Shown in pieces: positions 25,564 through 34,442 of a stretch of 39,931 nucleotides of DNA. The stretch is from a virus (taxonomy: Duplodnaviria; Caudoviricetes), in IMG/VR virus record IMGVR_UViG_3300032212_000056, positions 1 to 39,931 of that record, one strand, 5' to 3'. The translations under genes and the position numbers were made by a program. The notes beneath the pieces were generated by a model. That model saw nothing but the letters and a program-made list of their open reading frames with translations, ran no database searches and was not told the DNA's origin. The stretch's first letter is position 1, and each line of letters begins with the position of its first letter.

Positions 25564-27631
25564 GCAGACAACAACGCCCGAGTGGGTTCAGAAGCGTCAA
25601 CGACGCAGCATGATGATCTCAGCATCACAGCTCGAAGCCTTCGCAGACTGTCCCCGCAAGTGGTGGATGGAGAAGATCCGCAAGCTGCCCGTGATCCAGA
25701 AAGGATCGTTCTCGTTCGGTACTGTTCTGCACGCTGTTGCTGAGCGATGGCTCAGAGCGGACGACCAAGGGTACGACCAGAACGGTCAGCCTGTGAACCT
25801 CTACCCTGTCGGATGGGAGTTCGACGGAGGCGATCAGCTCTACCCCGGAGACTTCAAGAAGCTCCGCACGTTCATGGAGAAAGCCAAATGGATGTCAGCC
25901 GAAGCACGTCGAGCTATCAACAACCGTTTGCAAGGCGACCTTGTGTCGAGCCCAGAGGACCAAGCCGCGATCGCTGCGATGTTCGAGGAGCACACGCTCG
26001 ACTCGATACACACGAGGCTCATCAAGACCCTGATGGACAGCGGAGATTGTGTATCCCCGGACGAACAAGTCATCATCCAGAAGCTGATCGAATCCGCGAT
26101 CGAGAACGGGACACTGCAACGTTTGCCCGGACGGAAGATCGAGGAGCAGTTCACTCGCAAGATGATTGTTTCCGAATCAGATACTACGGTCTCCATCACG
26201 GGCTATATCGACGTGAGCTACGACGATCGTGTAGAGGACCACAAGACCACGAAGTCGATGAGGTGGGCTAAGACTCCCAAGACCCTCCGCGAGAACCTGC
26301 AGGTTCACATCTATGCGATGCAGAAGATCCTGCAGGCACAAGACGAGGGCAGAGAAGTGCCCGATGCGATCCTCGTGCGTCACAACATCTTCGTCAAAGA
26401 TCCCAAAGCACTCAAGGTCAAGCACGTTGAAGTCGAGCTGACCCGCGAGGAGATCGAGAAGACTTGGAGCAAGCTGCTCAAAGACGCAGAGCAGATGTCC
26501 TTCCTAAGAGACTCCATCGAGAACTGGCACGAGATCCACGACCCTGTTGACAATCGAGTCTGCAACAAGTACGGTGGATGTCCCTTTATGACCATCTGTG
26601 GTGGCACAGAAAGTTTAGCCGGATACGAAAGCCGGGTTGACAACGCAAAGCGTGTAGCCCATAATATCACTCAGCAAGTACCACTGACACTGAAAGGATC
26701 AGATATGTCGAACGCATTTACAGCCAAACTCGGAGCGAAGATGGCGGCTAACGGAACCGCCGCCCCTGTCGCTGCACCCGCCCCCGCACCAGCTGCAGCT
26801 GCAGCTCCCGTAGCCGCAGCTCCTGTAGCACCTGCACCAGCACCAGCACCAGCAGCTGCACCAGTAGCCGCAGCTCCAGCAGCGGAACCTGCTGCAGCAC
26901 CGACGAACTCTCCACCTTGGGCTAATCCCAACTGCACCGCATGTAAGGGAGCAGGGTTCAACTCGCAAGGCAGTCCGTGTCGGATCTGCGATGCGACGGC
27001 ATCGAAGCAAGGCAAGCCGCCTTCCTCGTCGTTCGACATTACAACAGCTAACGGGCAGATCCAATGGGCAGAGAAGGGTACAGCTCAGGCAGGCACCTCT
27101 CCGTCTGCCTCGACTGACGCTCCTGTAGCTCAGGCCCAGCAGACAGCTGCGACTCAAGCTCCTGCACCCGCACCCGCTCCCGCTCCAGCTGTACCCGTTG
27201 CAGCTCCTGCAGCTCAACCAGCCGAAGCAGCCGCACCTGCTGCAGCGGCACCCGCTGCAGAACCTGAGCAGCCAGCCGAGGCAGCCAAGAACGCCAAGGG
27301 AGGACGTCCGAAGAAGGGATTTATCCTCTGCATCAACTGCACGCCGAACGTCACCAACGGACGCAAGGGAAGCGGTCGAGGCGTCACCCACCTCAGTCAC
27401 GTGCTCAAGGAACTACAGGACAGCATGTGTGCTGTCTCAGGCGTCGCGTCCTTCTATGACCTCGATGTCTGGGACCGTCGTGCGAAGCTCGCTCAAACAG
27501 CCGAGGCTCTTGCAGAGGAGTTTGGCACTGACATCGTTGTGGCAACAGGGGTGCATGGCGAGAGCGATCTCAAGTCGTTGGTTGACGCACTGCGTCCGTT
27601 CGCTGGAATGGAAATCCTGTCCCTCGCATGA
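25553..27631 (+). CDS. PD-(D/E)XK Cas4/RecB-like exonuclease with Ala/Pro-rich and zinc-ribbon C-terminal extension
   Basis: SASQLEAFADCPRKW, FGTVLH, GYID...DHKTT, CNKYGGCPF..C; then AP-rich linkers, CTACKG...CRIC and GRPKK. Confidence 0.85.
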   Translation: MQSEQTTTPEWVQKRQRRSMMISASQLEAFADCPRKWWMEKIRKLPVIQKGSFSFGTVLHAVAERWLRADDQGYDQNGQPVNLYPVGWEFDGGDQLYPGDFKKLRTFMEKAKWMSAEARRAINNRLQGDLVSSPEDQAAIAAMFEEHTLDSIHTRLIKTLMDSGDCVSPDEQVIIQKLIESAIENGTLQRLPGRKIEEQFTRKMIVSESDTTVSITGYIDVSYDDRVEDHKTTKSMRWAKTPKTLRENLQVHIYAMQKILQAQDEGREVPDAILVRHNIFVKDPKALKVKHVEVELTREEIEKTWSKLLKDAEQMSFLRDSIENWHEIHDPVDNRVCNKYGGCPFMTICGGTESLAGYESRVDNAKRVAHNITQQVPLTLKGSDMSNAFTAKLGAKMAANGTAAPVAAPAPAPAAAAAPVAAAPVAPAPAPAPAAAPVAAAPAAEPAAAPTNSPPWANPNCTACKGAGFNSQGSPCRICDATASKQGKPPSSSFDITTANGQIQWAEKGTAQAGTSPSASTDAPVAQAQQTAATQAPAPAPAPAPAVPVAAPAAQPAEAAAPAAAAPAAEPEQPAEAAKNAKGGRPKKGFILCINCTPNVTNGRKGSGRGVTHLSHVLKELQDSMCAVSGVASFYDLDVWDRRAKLAQTAEALAEEFGTDIVVATGVHGESDLKSLVDALRPFAGMEILSLA
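26637..26665 (+). promoter_or_regulatory. Intragenic sigma70 promoter
   Basis: TTGACA (26637-42), 17 bp, CATAAT (26660-65); GAAAGGA RBS and in-frame ATG 26705 follow. Confidence 0.7.
26705..27631 (+). CDS. Nested in-frame protein (C-terminal 308 aa of the nuclease ORF)
   Basis: Has its own promoter and RBS; begins exactly at the domain boundary MSNAFTAKLG. Confidence 0.55.
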   Translation: MSNAFTAKLGAKMAANGTAAPVAAPAPAPAAAAAPVAAAPVAPAPAPAPAAAPVAAAPAAEPAAAPTNSPPWANPNCTACKGAGFNSQGSPCRICDATASKQGKPPSSSFDITTANGQIQWAEKGTAQAGTSPSASTDAPVAQAQQTAATQAPAPAPAPAPAVPVAAPAAQPAEAAAPAAAAPAAEPEQPAEAAKNAKGGRPKKGFILCINCTPNVTNGRKGSGRGVTHLSHVLKELQDSMCAVSGVASFYDLDVWDRRAKLAQTAEALAEEFGTDIVVATGVHGESDLKSLVDALRPFAGMEILSLA

Positions 27632-29772
27632 ACTCAGCCTTTGCCAAACTGAACGCCAAGGTAATCGCCCAGTCAGATCGAGCAGTGCAGGAGCGGCCTC
27701 CCCAGTCTCCTGTCTTCGACAAGCTCACTCGCAAGACAGAGTTTGCTCGATCTGATCAGGGCAAGGCCCTCTCGATGCAGGACATCAACCGCATCGTGGG
27801 CCTGCCTGTTGTGCTGCCTATGACTCCAGAGGAGCACGAAGCGTACTGCAGGGATACCCTGCTTGCCGAAGCGTTCCTCTCAGGGTTCAGGTACTTCAAC
27901 ACCCAGTCAGACGCTACGCTGGCGTTCCTGTTGTACAGAGGGCTGTTCGGACCGATCGGTGTTGGATGGGGCAAGACCCTGATCACCTTGATCTGCTGCA
28001 ATATCTGCTACACGCACTTCGGCGTCAAGAAGATCGTGCTCCACGCTCCATCTTCCGTAATGTCCCAGCTGCTGACCCACGACCTCAAGTGGGCTCGCAC
28101 AAAGATACCAATCAACTTCCCGATCCATGTCCTCTATGACAAGCCTGCCCGTATGCGTCGGCGTATTAGTCAGAGCGGACAGCCGGGAGTTTACATCTTC
28201 CCCTATTCTCTGCTGTCTACCAAAGACTCGGCAGACAATCTCGATGCCATAGATCCCGGTGCGATCATTTGCGATGAGATCCAGAATCTCAAAGACGAGC
28301 GTAGTGCCCGCACTAAGAGAGTCATGGAGTTTGTTCGCAAGCGTAACCCGATCGGTGTAGGCCTCTCAGGAACAGTGACCCGCAAGAGCATCAAGGACTA
28401 CTACCATCTGATCCGCTGGTGTCTGGGATCGAACTGCCCGCTTCCTCTCTCGACGTCCGTAGCGAACGACTGGGCTGGCGTGCTCGATGCCAACGCATCT
28501 GCAGGGTACAGCGACCCAACCACTACAGGACCTCTCCAGCCCCTCGTGCAGTGGGCTCAGCGAGTCGATCCGATGAACCCGTATCCTGATGACCGCACAG
28601 GCTTCCGTAGAGCATACAAGCTGCGGCTGACCACCTGCCCCGGTGTTGTTGCTTCGGGGGATGCAGAGATCGGTGTAGGCCTCCTGATCCAGAACCAGCC
28701 CGTGAAGGATCACGAGAGCTTCGAGGGATGGGCAGAGACTGAGTCTTTGATTGAAGCGATCGAGGAGGAATGGCTGACCCCCAACGGTGACGAGATCGAG
28801 TACCCAATCCATAAGTTCAAATGGATGTACGAACTGTCTGCAGGGTTCTACAACGAGCTGTCGTGGCCTGAGCCGTCGGACTTCGCTCGACGCAAGGACA
28901 TCCCTCTGGAGCAAGCCAAAGGCATCATCGACGATGCAAAGGTCTACCACGAAGCACACCAGATCTACTCGAAGCGTCTGCGTCAGTTCCTGCAGTACGA
29001 GTCCGAGAAGAATCTCGACACTCCCATGATGGTCGGTGCGAACATGGCAGCCCACCAAGACAGGGACGTGCCCAGAGAACTGTATCAGCTCTGGAGAGAG
29101 ATGAAGGCGTGCGACTTCGACGACAGGCCTGAGCGAGACCGCACGGCTATCAGAGTTTGCCCGTACAAGGTCTACGACGCTGTTCGCTGGGCTCAGTCAC
29201 TCAAAGGCAAGGGAGGAATCATATGGGTGTACCATCAGGAGATGGGGATCTGGATCTCGGAAGTCGCTAGGGAAGCGGGGCTGGACGTGATGCACTGCCC
29301 CGCAGGGAACGAAGCCAACGCTGCGATAGGTGACGAGAGAAATAAGAACAAGATCGTAGTCGCTTCAATCACAGCTCACGGCACGGGCAAGAACCTGCAG
29401 CATTTCCAGAATCAATACATTGCACAGTGGCCCCGACCTGCAGGGGTAGCTGAGCAGTTACTCGGAAGGACTCACCGCAACGGGCAGGAGGCCGATGAGT
29501 TGATCGTCGTGACAAACAACACTCTGCCTTTCGACGATATGAACATGGCAGCCTGCATCAACGACTCGCTTTATATCCATCAGACATCGAACAGGCAGAA
29601 GCTCATTATCGCATCGTACAATCCGCTCCCCAAGATCTTCCCACCAGAGGTCCTGATGGAGAGAGGCTTCAAGCCAGAGGCACTGGACCGCGAACAGATC
29701 ACACTGCTTCAAGAGAAGTTTGGGGAGTTGGACTACTCACAGTTCGCCCACCAAGAACTACCCCCGTTCTGA
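27628..29772 (+). CDS. SF2 (SNF2-like) DNA helicase
   Basis: GVGWGKT, ICDEIQ, LSGT, GTGKNLQ, EQLLGRTHRNGQ. Confidence 0.9.
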   Translation: MNSAFAKLNAKVIAQSDRAVQERPPQSPVFDKLTRKTEFARSDQGKALSMQDINRIVGLPVVLPMTPEEHEAYCRDTLLAEAFLSGFRYFNTQSDATLAFLLYRGLFGPIGVGWGKTLITLICCNICYTHFGVKKIVLHAPSSVMSQLLTHDLKWARTKIPINFPIHVLYDKPARMRRRISQSGQPGVYIFPYSLLSTKDSADNLDAIDPGAIICDEIQNLKDERSARTKRVMEFVRKRNPIGVGLSGTVTRKSIKDYYHLIRWCLGSNCPLPLSTSVANDWAGVLDANASAGYSDPTTTGPLQPLVQWAQRVDPMNPYPDDRTGFRRAYKLRLTTCPGVVASGDAEIGVGLLIQNQPVKDHESFEGWAETESLIEAIEEEWLTPNGDEIEYPIHKFKWMYELSAGFYNELSWPEPSDFARRKDIPLEQAKGIIDDAKVYHEAHQIYSKRLRQFLQYESEKNLDTPMMVGANMAAHQDRDVPRELYQLWREMKACDFDDRPERDRTAIRVCPYKVYDAVRWAQSLKGKGGIIWVYHQEMGIWISEVAREAGLDVMHCPAGNEANAAIGDERNKNKIVVASITAHGTGKNLQHFQNQYIAQWPRPAGVAEQLLGRTHRNGQEADELIVVTNNTLPFDDMNMAACINDSLYIHQTSNRQKLIIASYNPLPKIFPPEVLMERGFKPEALDREQITLLQEKFGELDYSQFAHQELPPF

Positions 29773-29786
29773 GAAAGGAAACGCAC

Positions 29787-29942
29787 ATGATACTCGACCT
29801 CATAGAGCTGCTGAAATACACCCACTCCGGGTGGATTCCCTTCTTCGGCACCTTGATCTATCTCGTGATAATCGGAGGGATCTCCCTGCAGGGCATGAGC
29901 CACGTCGCTGATGCTGTCAAGGGACTCAAGAAAGGTAGTTGA
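29787..29942 (+). CDS. Small membrane protein (51 aa, not in ORF track)
   Basis: GAAAGGA RBS; MILDLIELLKY...WIPFFGTLIYLVIIGGISL... Confidence 0.6.
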   Translation: MILDLIELLKYTHSGWIPFFGTLIYLVIIGGISLQGMSHVADAVKGLKKGS

Positions 29943-29967
29943 CACAGCTCTCGTCGAATGGTATAAT
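29939..29967 (+). promoter_or_regulatory. Consensus sigma70 promoter
   Basis: TTGACA-17 bp-TATAAT with extended -10 TG, upstream of the SSB-like gene. Confidence 0.9.
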
Positions 29968-30044
29968 CTGTAACTGTACTGGTCAGGTGTACTGACCCAA
30001 TCAAATGTAGCCGTCTTCGGACGCAAATCGAAAGGACAGATCAA

Positions 30045-30794
30045 ATGAGTACATTCCCAAATCAGCAGCCAATGCCCGGAAACGCTCCGATGCCTGCTCA
30101 ACCCGCAGCAGCTCCTGCAGCCCAGCCCGCAGCTCAACCGGCAGCTCAGCCTCAGTACGCTCAACCCGCTGCAGCTGCTCCAGTGCCCGCTGCTCAACCT
30201 CAGTATGCTCAGCCAGCTGCAGCTGCTCCAGCGGGAGGCCCTGACCTCCGAGCAACCTTCTCAGGGTTGCGTGAAGCAAAGGGACGCATCGCCGCGAACT
30301 ACATCCGTCCGGGTCACTACTTCGCACTCATCAAACGGTGCAAGGTCGATCGCAGCCGCAACGGAGATACCTTCGCAGCTATCGAGCAGCAGATCCTCTG
30401 CGTGTTCGATGATGCAAACGGTCAGGGCCATCGCGTAGGCGAGGAAGTCACGCACATGCTCCTGCAGCGTCACGATTCCTTCATGGGCAATATCAAGACC
30501 TTCATCTCGAAGATATTGGAAGTGCCCGAGGTCGAAATCACCGAGGACAACGCGATGCTCGTGTTCGGAGATCAGCAGCCTCTGACCAACACCATCATCG
30601 AGTTCCGTGCGACCGGGATTATGACACGAGCCAACAAGCCGTTCACCCAGATCGACTATGTTCGTGAGGTCGATCCGCGAGAGCTTGAAGGGAAGATCAC
30701 CCAAGAGCATCTGGACATCTGCCTGCCCGGAGGTATGTGGGCAGAACTGATCGCAGCTCACGACGCTCAGAAGGCAGCTCAGCCTCAAGCCTAA
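30045..30794 (+). CDS. Putative single-stranded DNA-binding protein with Q/P/A-rich N-terminus
   Basis: Sits between helicase and polymerase; beta-rich OB-like core (YIRPGHY...FTQIDY); repeated AAQPQYAQPAAAAP. Confidence 0.6.
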   Translation: MSTFPNQQPMPGNAPMPAQPAAAPAAQPAAQPAAQPQYAQPAAAAPVPAAQPQYAQPAAAAPAGGPDLRATFSGLREAKGRIAANYIRPGHYFALIKRCKVDRSRNGDTFAAIEQQILCVFDDANGQGHRVGEEVTHMLLQRHDSFMGNIKTFISKILEVPEVEITEDNAMLVFGDQQPLTNTIIEFRATGIMTRANKPFTQIDYVREVDPRELEGKITQEHLDICLPGGMWAELIAAHDAQKAAQPQA

Positions 30795-30811
30795 TCGCTT
30801 CCACACGCGAC

Positions 30812-30845
30812 CTCTGTAGGGCTAACGCTCTACAGAGCGTTTTAC
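30812..30845 (+). terminator. Hairpin, possible terminator/attenuator between ssb and pol
   Basis: CTCTGTAGGGC-taac-GCTCTACAGAG followed by CGTTTTA. Confidence 0.55.
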
Positions 30846-30869
30846 TGCTTCAACATAAAGGGATCAACC

Positions 30870-33143
30870 ATGAGCGACACACCTGTAGTAATCGGATGGG
30901 ATACAGAAACACGACGCATCGGACCGGGACAAGTCTTCCCTCCCGTTGTATGTCTCCAGATCAGCTGCCAGCAAGACACCAGAGTCGTCTGTAAGTGCGA
31001 GACGGAGAGCTTCAACCAACTCAAGGCCGCAGTGTTTGATGTCAATGAGAGCTGGGTGCGTGTAGCTCACAGCAGCACCTACGACCTGATGGTGATGGCG
31101 ACACACGACCCCCGCCTCCTGCCCGCCATCTTCGACATGCTTGAGCGTGGACTGTTCACCTGCACGAAGATCCGCGAGAAGCTGCTCAATCTCACATCTC
31201 ACGGGAACATGGAGTTCCTGAGTCAAGGTGATCGGAACATCAAGATCGAATACTCGCTCGCGGATCTCGTGAAGAACTACTTTGGTGTAGATCTCAAGAG
31301 CAACAAGGCGACCACGAAGGTCAACACAGAAACAGGCAAGCTCGAAGTTGTTGGAGAGGAGGACGCTTGGCGTCTGAACTACGAAGCACTCGAAGACATG
31401 CCCGTCAGTGAGTGGCCCGAGGAAGCCGTCACCTACGCAGCGGACGACGGCGTCTGGGCAGAGGCAGTGTACTGGGAACAGGAGAAGGTTCGCCAACAGA
31501 TCATCCAGAACGCAGGGCATGACCCTTTCGAGGTACTGCCGTTCAAGTGCTCTGTTGACTTTGTGCTCGCGTTGCTCACGCAGCGAGGCATGAAGACAGA
31601 TCCTTCACGAGTGGCAGAGGTCGAGGCCATGCTGCACGAGGAGCTGGCTCCCGAGAAGATGAAGCTGCTGCTTGAGCACGGCATCGTTCGACCCGCTGAG
31701 CCTCCTCGACCTTACGCCAACAACTCAAAGAACCACGCCCCCGATTGCACAGACAAGAAGAACTGCGACTGTCCTCCGAGGATGACCGCAGGTGTCAAAG
31801 AGTCCGTCAACGAGACCAAGCTCAAGGAGTACGTCCGGGTACTCTGCGAGAACAGGCCCGACATCTTCACCCTCAAGCGAACCAAGCCAAGCAAGTCGCA
31901 TCCGGAGGGTCAGGTCAGCTGTGACAAGGACTGGCTCGAAGACCATGCGGCTTTCGATCCGATGCTCTCTGAGTATCAGCACCGTCAGAATCTGCAGAAG
32001 CTCGTGAGTACCTACATCCCGCAGATGAAGTGGGAAGGCGAGGTAGCCAGCACTGTACATGCTAACTTTGATGTCCTCAAGGCGACAGGTCGCACGTCGA
32101 GCTACGGATCGAAGATGTACCCTTCGATGAACGGACAGCAGGTAGATCCTCGAATCCGTCGGTGCTACATTCCGCGAGCAGGGCATCACCTGTTCTCGAT
32201 CGACTACACAGCGATGGAGCTGGGGACGTTCGCTCAGACCTGCCTCAATCTGTTCGGCTTCTCGAAGCTCGCAGAGATCATCAACTCGGGCAAGGACCCT
32301 CACGCCTATCTAGGTGCCCAGATCGCTCTGGCGACCAATGAGGACTTCCGCGAGGTTGCCATGTCTGAGTGCAACGAGGACGACACAGACGGCATGTACG
32401 AGCTGTTCTCGTCGCTCAAGGAAGACCCACAGACCAAAGCTCTCTACAAGCACTACCGCACCTTTGCGAAGCCCACAGGCCTCGGCTATCCGGGCGGTCT
32501 CGCTCCCAAGACGTTTATCACCTTCGCTAAGGGATCGTATGGTATCGACATCGACCTTGCCACAGCGACGCAGCTCAAGCAAGTCTGGTTGAACCTGTTG
32601 CCGGAAGCTCCCTTGTTCTTCGATCACATCAAGAACAACTGCATCGACGAGCTGAACGGTGCCCGCAAGGTCGTCGAGGAGAAGTTCATCAAGAACGATG
32701 ACGGCACGGTCGGCGTCGAGAAGAAAGAGAAGTGGAAAGAGCGGTTCCGCTACATGAGTCCGATGGGCATGTGGCGTATGGCGTGCGACTACTGTGCGTG
32801 CTGCAACGGACTGGCTCTGCAGACTCCGTCAGCTGAGGGGGCTACCCTCGGACTGTACGAAGTGATGAAGCAGAGCATCCTGCCTACGGGCACGCTACAC
32901 GGTCAGCTGTTCCCCCTGCTGTTCATCCATGATGAGATTCTGGGGGAGATCAAGATAACTACGCCAGAGCAGCAACACAGGTTGCTTTTGCAGGCGAGTG
33001 AGTATATGGTAGAGTCCATGCAAGCCGTCACGCCTGATGTAAAGGCGGGTGCAGAGCCCGTGTTGATGACCCGATGGGACAAGTACGTGGACCCTGCATA
33101 CGATGAGAACGGCTACCTTGTACCCGTAGATCCAGACAACTAA
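30870..33143 (+). CDS. polA: DNA polymerase family A with 3'-5' exonuclease
   Basis: ExoI WDTET, ExoIII YAADD, TGRTSS, motif A SIDYTAMEL, motif B RTFAKPTGLGYPGG, motif C IHDEI. Confidence 0.95.
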   Translation: MSDTPVVIGWDTETRRIGPGQVFPPVVCLQISCQQDTRVVCKCETESFNQLKAAVFDVNESWVRVAHSSTYDLMVMATHDPRLLPAIFDMLERGLFTCTKIREKLLNLTSHGNMEFLSQGDRNIKIEYSLADLVKNYFGVDLKSNKATTKVNTETGKLEVVGEEDAWRLNYEALEDMPVSEWPEEAVTYAADDGVWAEAVYWEQEKVRQQIIQNAGHDPFEVLPFKCSVDFVLALLTQRGMKTDPSRVAEVEAMLHEELAPEKMKLLLEHGIVRPAEPPRPYANNSKNHAPDCTDKKNCDCPPRMTAGVKESVNETKLKEYVRVLCENRPDIFTLKRTKPSKSHPEGQVSCDKDWLEDHAAFDPMLSEYQHRQNLQKLVSTYIPQMKWEGEVASTVHANFDVLKATGRTSSYGSKMYPSMNGQQVDPRIRRCYIPRAGHHLFSIDYTAMELGTFAQTCLNLFGFSKLAEIINSGKDPHAYLGAQIALATNEDFREVAMSECNEDDTDGMYELFSSLKEDPQTKALYKHYRTFAKPTGLGYPGGLAPKTFITFAKGSYGIDIDLATATQLKQVWLNLLPEAPLFFDHIKNNCIDELNGARKVVEEKFIKNDDGTVGVEKKEKWKERFRYMSPMGMWRMACDYCACCNGLALQTPSAEGATLGLYEVMKQSILPTGTLHGQLFPLLFIHDEILGEIKITTPEQQHRLLLQASEYMVESMQAVTPDVKAGAEPVLMTRWDKYVDPAYDENGYLVPVDPDN

Positions 33144-33155
33144 GAAAGGGATCAG

Positions 33156-33602
33156 ATGGCTAAGAAGAAAACAACCCGCAAGCCAGCAGCTCGAAAGACC
33201 ACTGCTCGCAAGCCCCGACGCACAGTCAAGAAGACCGCACGCAAGAAGGCACCTGCTCGCAAGGTGACAAAGAAGGTCGCAAGGAAGACCGTCAAGAAGA
33301 CAGCGGCAGGGGTGCCCGAGATCTCCTTGAAGGTCTCCAAGAAAGTCGCCACGAAGAACGTCAAGTTCAAGACCGCTGACTCTCGTGGAACCCAGTACCA
33401 GCCGCTCTTTGACGAAATGGCTAAGTTGAAGAAAGGCGAAACTCTCCCGGTGGATGTTCCCAAAGGGATCACCGCACGTGTTCTCCACAACCGTCTGAAC
33501 AGTGTGTTCCGTCGCTTCAAGCCCAAGGCCCCAGCTGGCTGCAAGTTTGTCAAGCGGACACTCGAAGATGGTCGTATCGGAATCACCTGCGAAGGCAAGT
33601 GA
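33156..33602 (+). CDS. Histone H1-like basic DNA-binding protein
   Basis: About 50 aa of K/R/A/T repeats (KKTARKKAPARK) followed by a small globular domain; GAAAGGGA RBS. Confidence 0.75.
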   Translation: MAKKKTTRKPAARKTTARKPRRTVKKTARKKAPARKVTKKVARKTVKKTAAGVPEISLKVSKKVATKNVKFKTADSRGTQYQPLFDEMAKLKKGETLPVDVPKGITARVLHNRLNSVFRRFKPKAPAGCKFVKRTLEDGRIGITCEGK

Positions 33603-33626
33603 GCATTCCCATCCGGGAAGCAGTAA

Positions 33627-33660
33627 GGGGGTCGGGTTCATCCGGCTCGACCTCCTTTTT
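33627..33660 (+). terminator. Rho-independent terminator
   Basis: GGGGGTCGGGTT-catcc-GGCTCGACCTCC followed by TTTTT. Confidence 0.7.
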
Positions 33661-33722
33661 CAGAACCACAACTGCCTGTGTTGACCCGTGCAGGAGGAAG
33701 GAGTGGGTTACGGGTCCCCATT

Positions 33723-33817
33723 GGGAAGGTACGCTAAGTTGGCATGTGCGGCCCTCATCGGTGGTCAGCGTTGGATGAGCAACGTGTGACATGCAGGTTC
33801 GAGTCCTGTCCTTCCCT
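33723..33817 (+). tRNA. tRNA-like RNA with aberrant anticodon arm and long extra arm (identity undetermined)
   Basis: Acceptor stem GGGAAGG/CCTTCCC, T8A9, D-arm CGC-TAAGTTGGCATGT-GCG, T-arm GCAGG-TTCGAGT-CCTGT; no canonical 5-bp/7-nt anticodon arm; no encoded CCA. Confidence 0.6.
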
Positions 33818-33818
33818 T

Positions 33819-34442
33819 TTGAACTACGCAATCGGCATAGATCCAGACGTGACCCGTCCCAGTGTCGCCTGCGTCGGAGAAGACCTCTCCGTAGTCGCGG
33901 TGGACTGCATCAAGGTCTCGATCCCCAAAGGCGTCGTGAAGCTCGACAGGCTCGCGTACACCTTCTCTGCAATCCTCGACTACCTCGACTCCGATCAAGG
34001 CCCTGCCCGGTGGGGTGTGTCGCCTGACTTCCTCGTCGTCGAAGGACAATCCATCTGGGGATCGAACGACGCCACTCCGCAGAGCATTCTCTCACTGGGC
34101 ATTGTGGGGGGCATGTGCATGGGGGCGTTCTCAAGCAGTTTCCCTATGGCTCAGAGGTACTATCCTGCTCCTGACAGCTGGAAGGGAGGGGTAGTCAAGC
34201 ACGTACACCAAGCACGTACATGCACCAAGCTGGGCTGGAAGTATGTCAAGAAGGGTAAGTCTGACAAGACAAAGTATTGCCAAGCCGTCAATCCTGTGAT
34301 ACGATACCCTCAGTCAACCTTCAACCCCGGAGACTGGAAACATGGAATGGACGCAGCTGGCCTCGCAATGTATGCCTTCGATCAACAAGCCAAAGACTCT
34401 CGCCGAGCACTTCGTACTGCTAAGGCGGCTGCTCTTTCTTAG
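33819..34442 (+). CDS. RuvC-like Holliday junction resolvase
   Basis: AIGIDPD, LVVEGQ, PDSWKG, HGMDAAGLA; probable TTG start at 33819. Confidence 0.8.
   Translation: MNYAIGIDPDVTRPSVACVGEDLSVVAVDCIKVSIPKGVVKLDRLAYTFSAILDYLDSDQGPARWGVSPDFLVVEGQSIWGSNDATPQSILSLGIVGGMCMGAFSSSFPMAQRYYPAPDSWKGGVVKHVHQARTCTKLGWKYVKKGKSDKTKYCQAVNPVIRYPQSTFNPGDWKHGMDAAGLAMYAFDQQAKDSRRALRTAKAAALS

Noticed and set aside
25553-26704. CRISPR-associated Cas4
   Set aside because: It is a solo PD-(D/E)XK nuclease in a replication operon, which is common in phages
33603-33625. SRP RNA (TCCGGGAAGCAG similarity)
   Set aside because: The GGAA tetraloop helix and symmetric loop of domain IV cannot be formed
33723-33817. Selenocysteine or Met tRNA
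   Set aside because: The length and T-arm recall selC, but the acceptor stem is 7 bp and neither TCA nor CAT sits in a canonical anticodon loop
33744-33818. ORF-track start of the resolvase
   Set aside because: It lies inside the tRNA-like element; the RuvC fold begins at YAIGID right after TTG 33819
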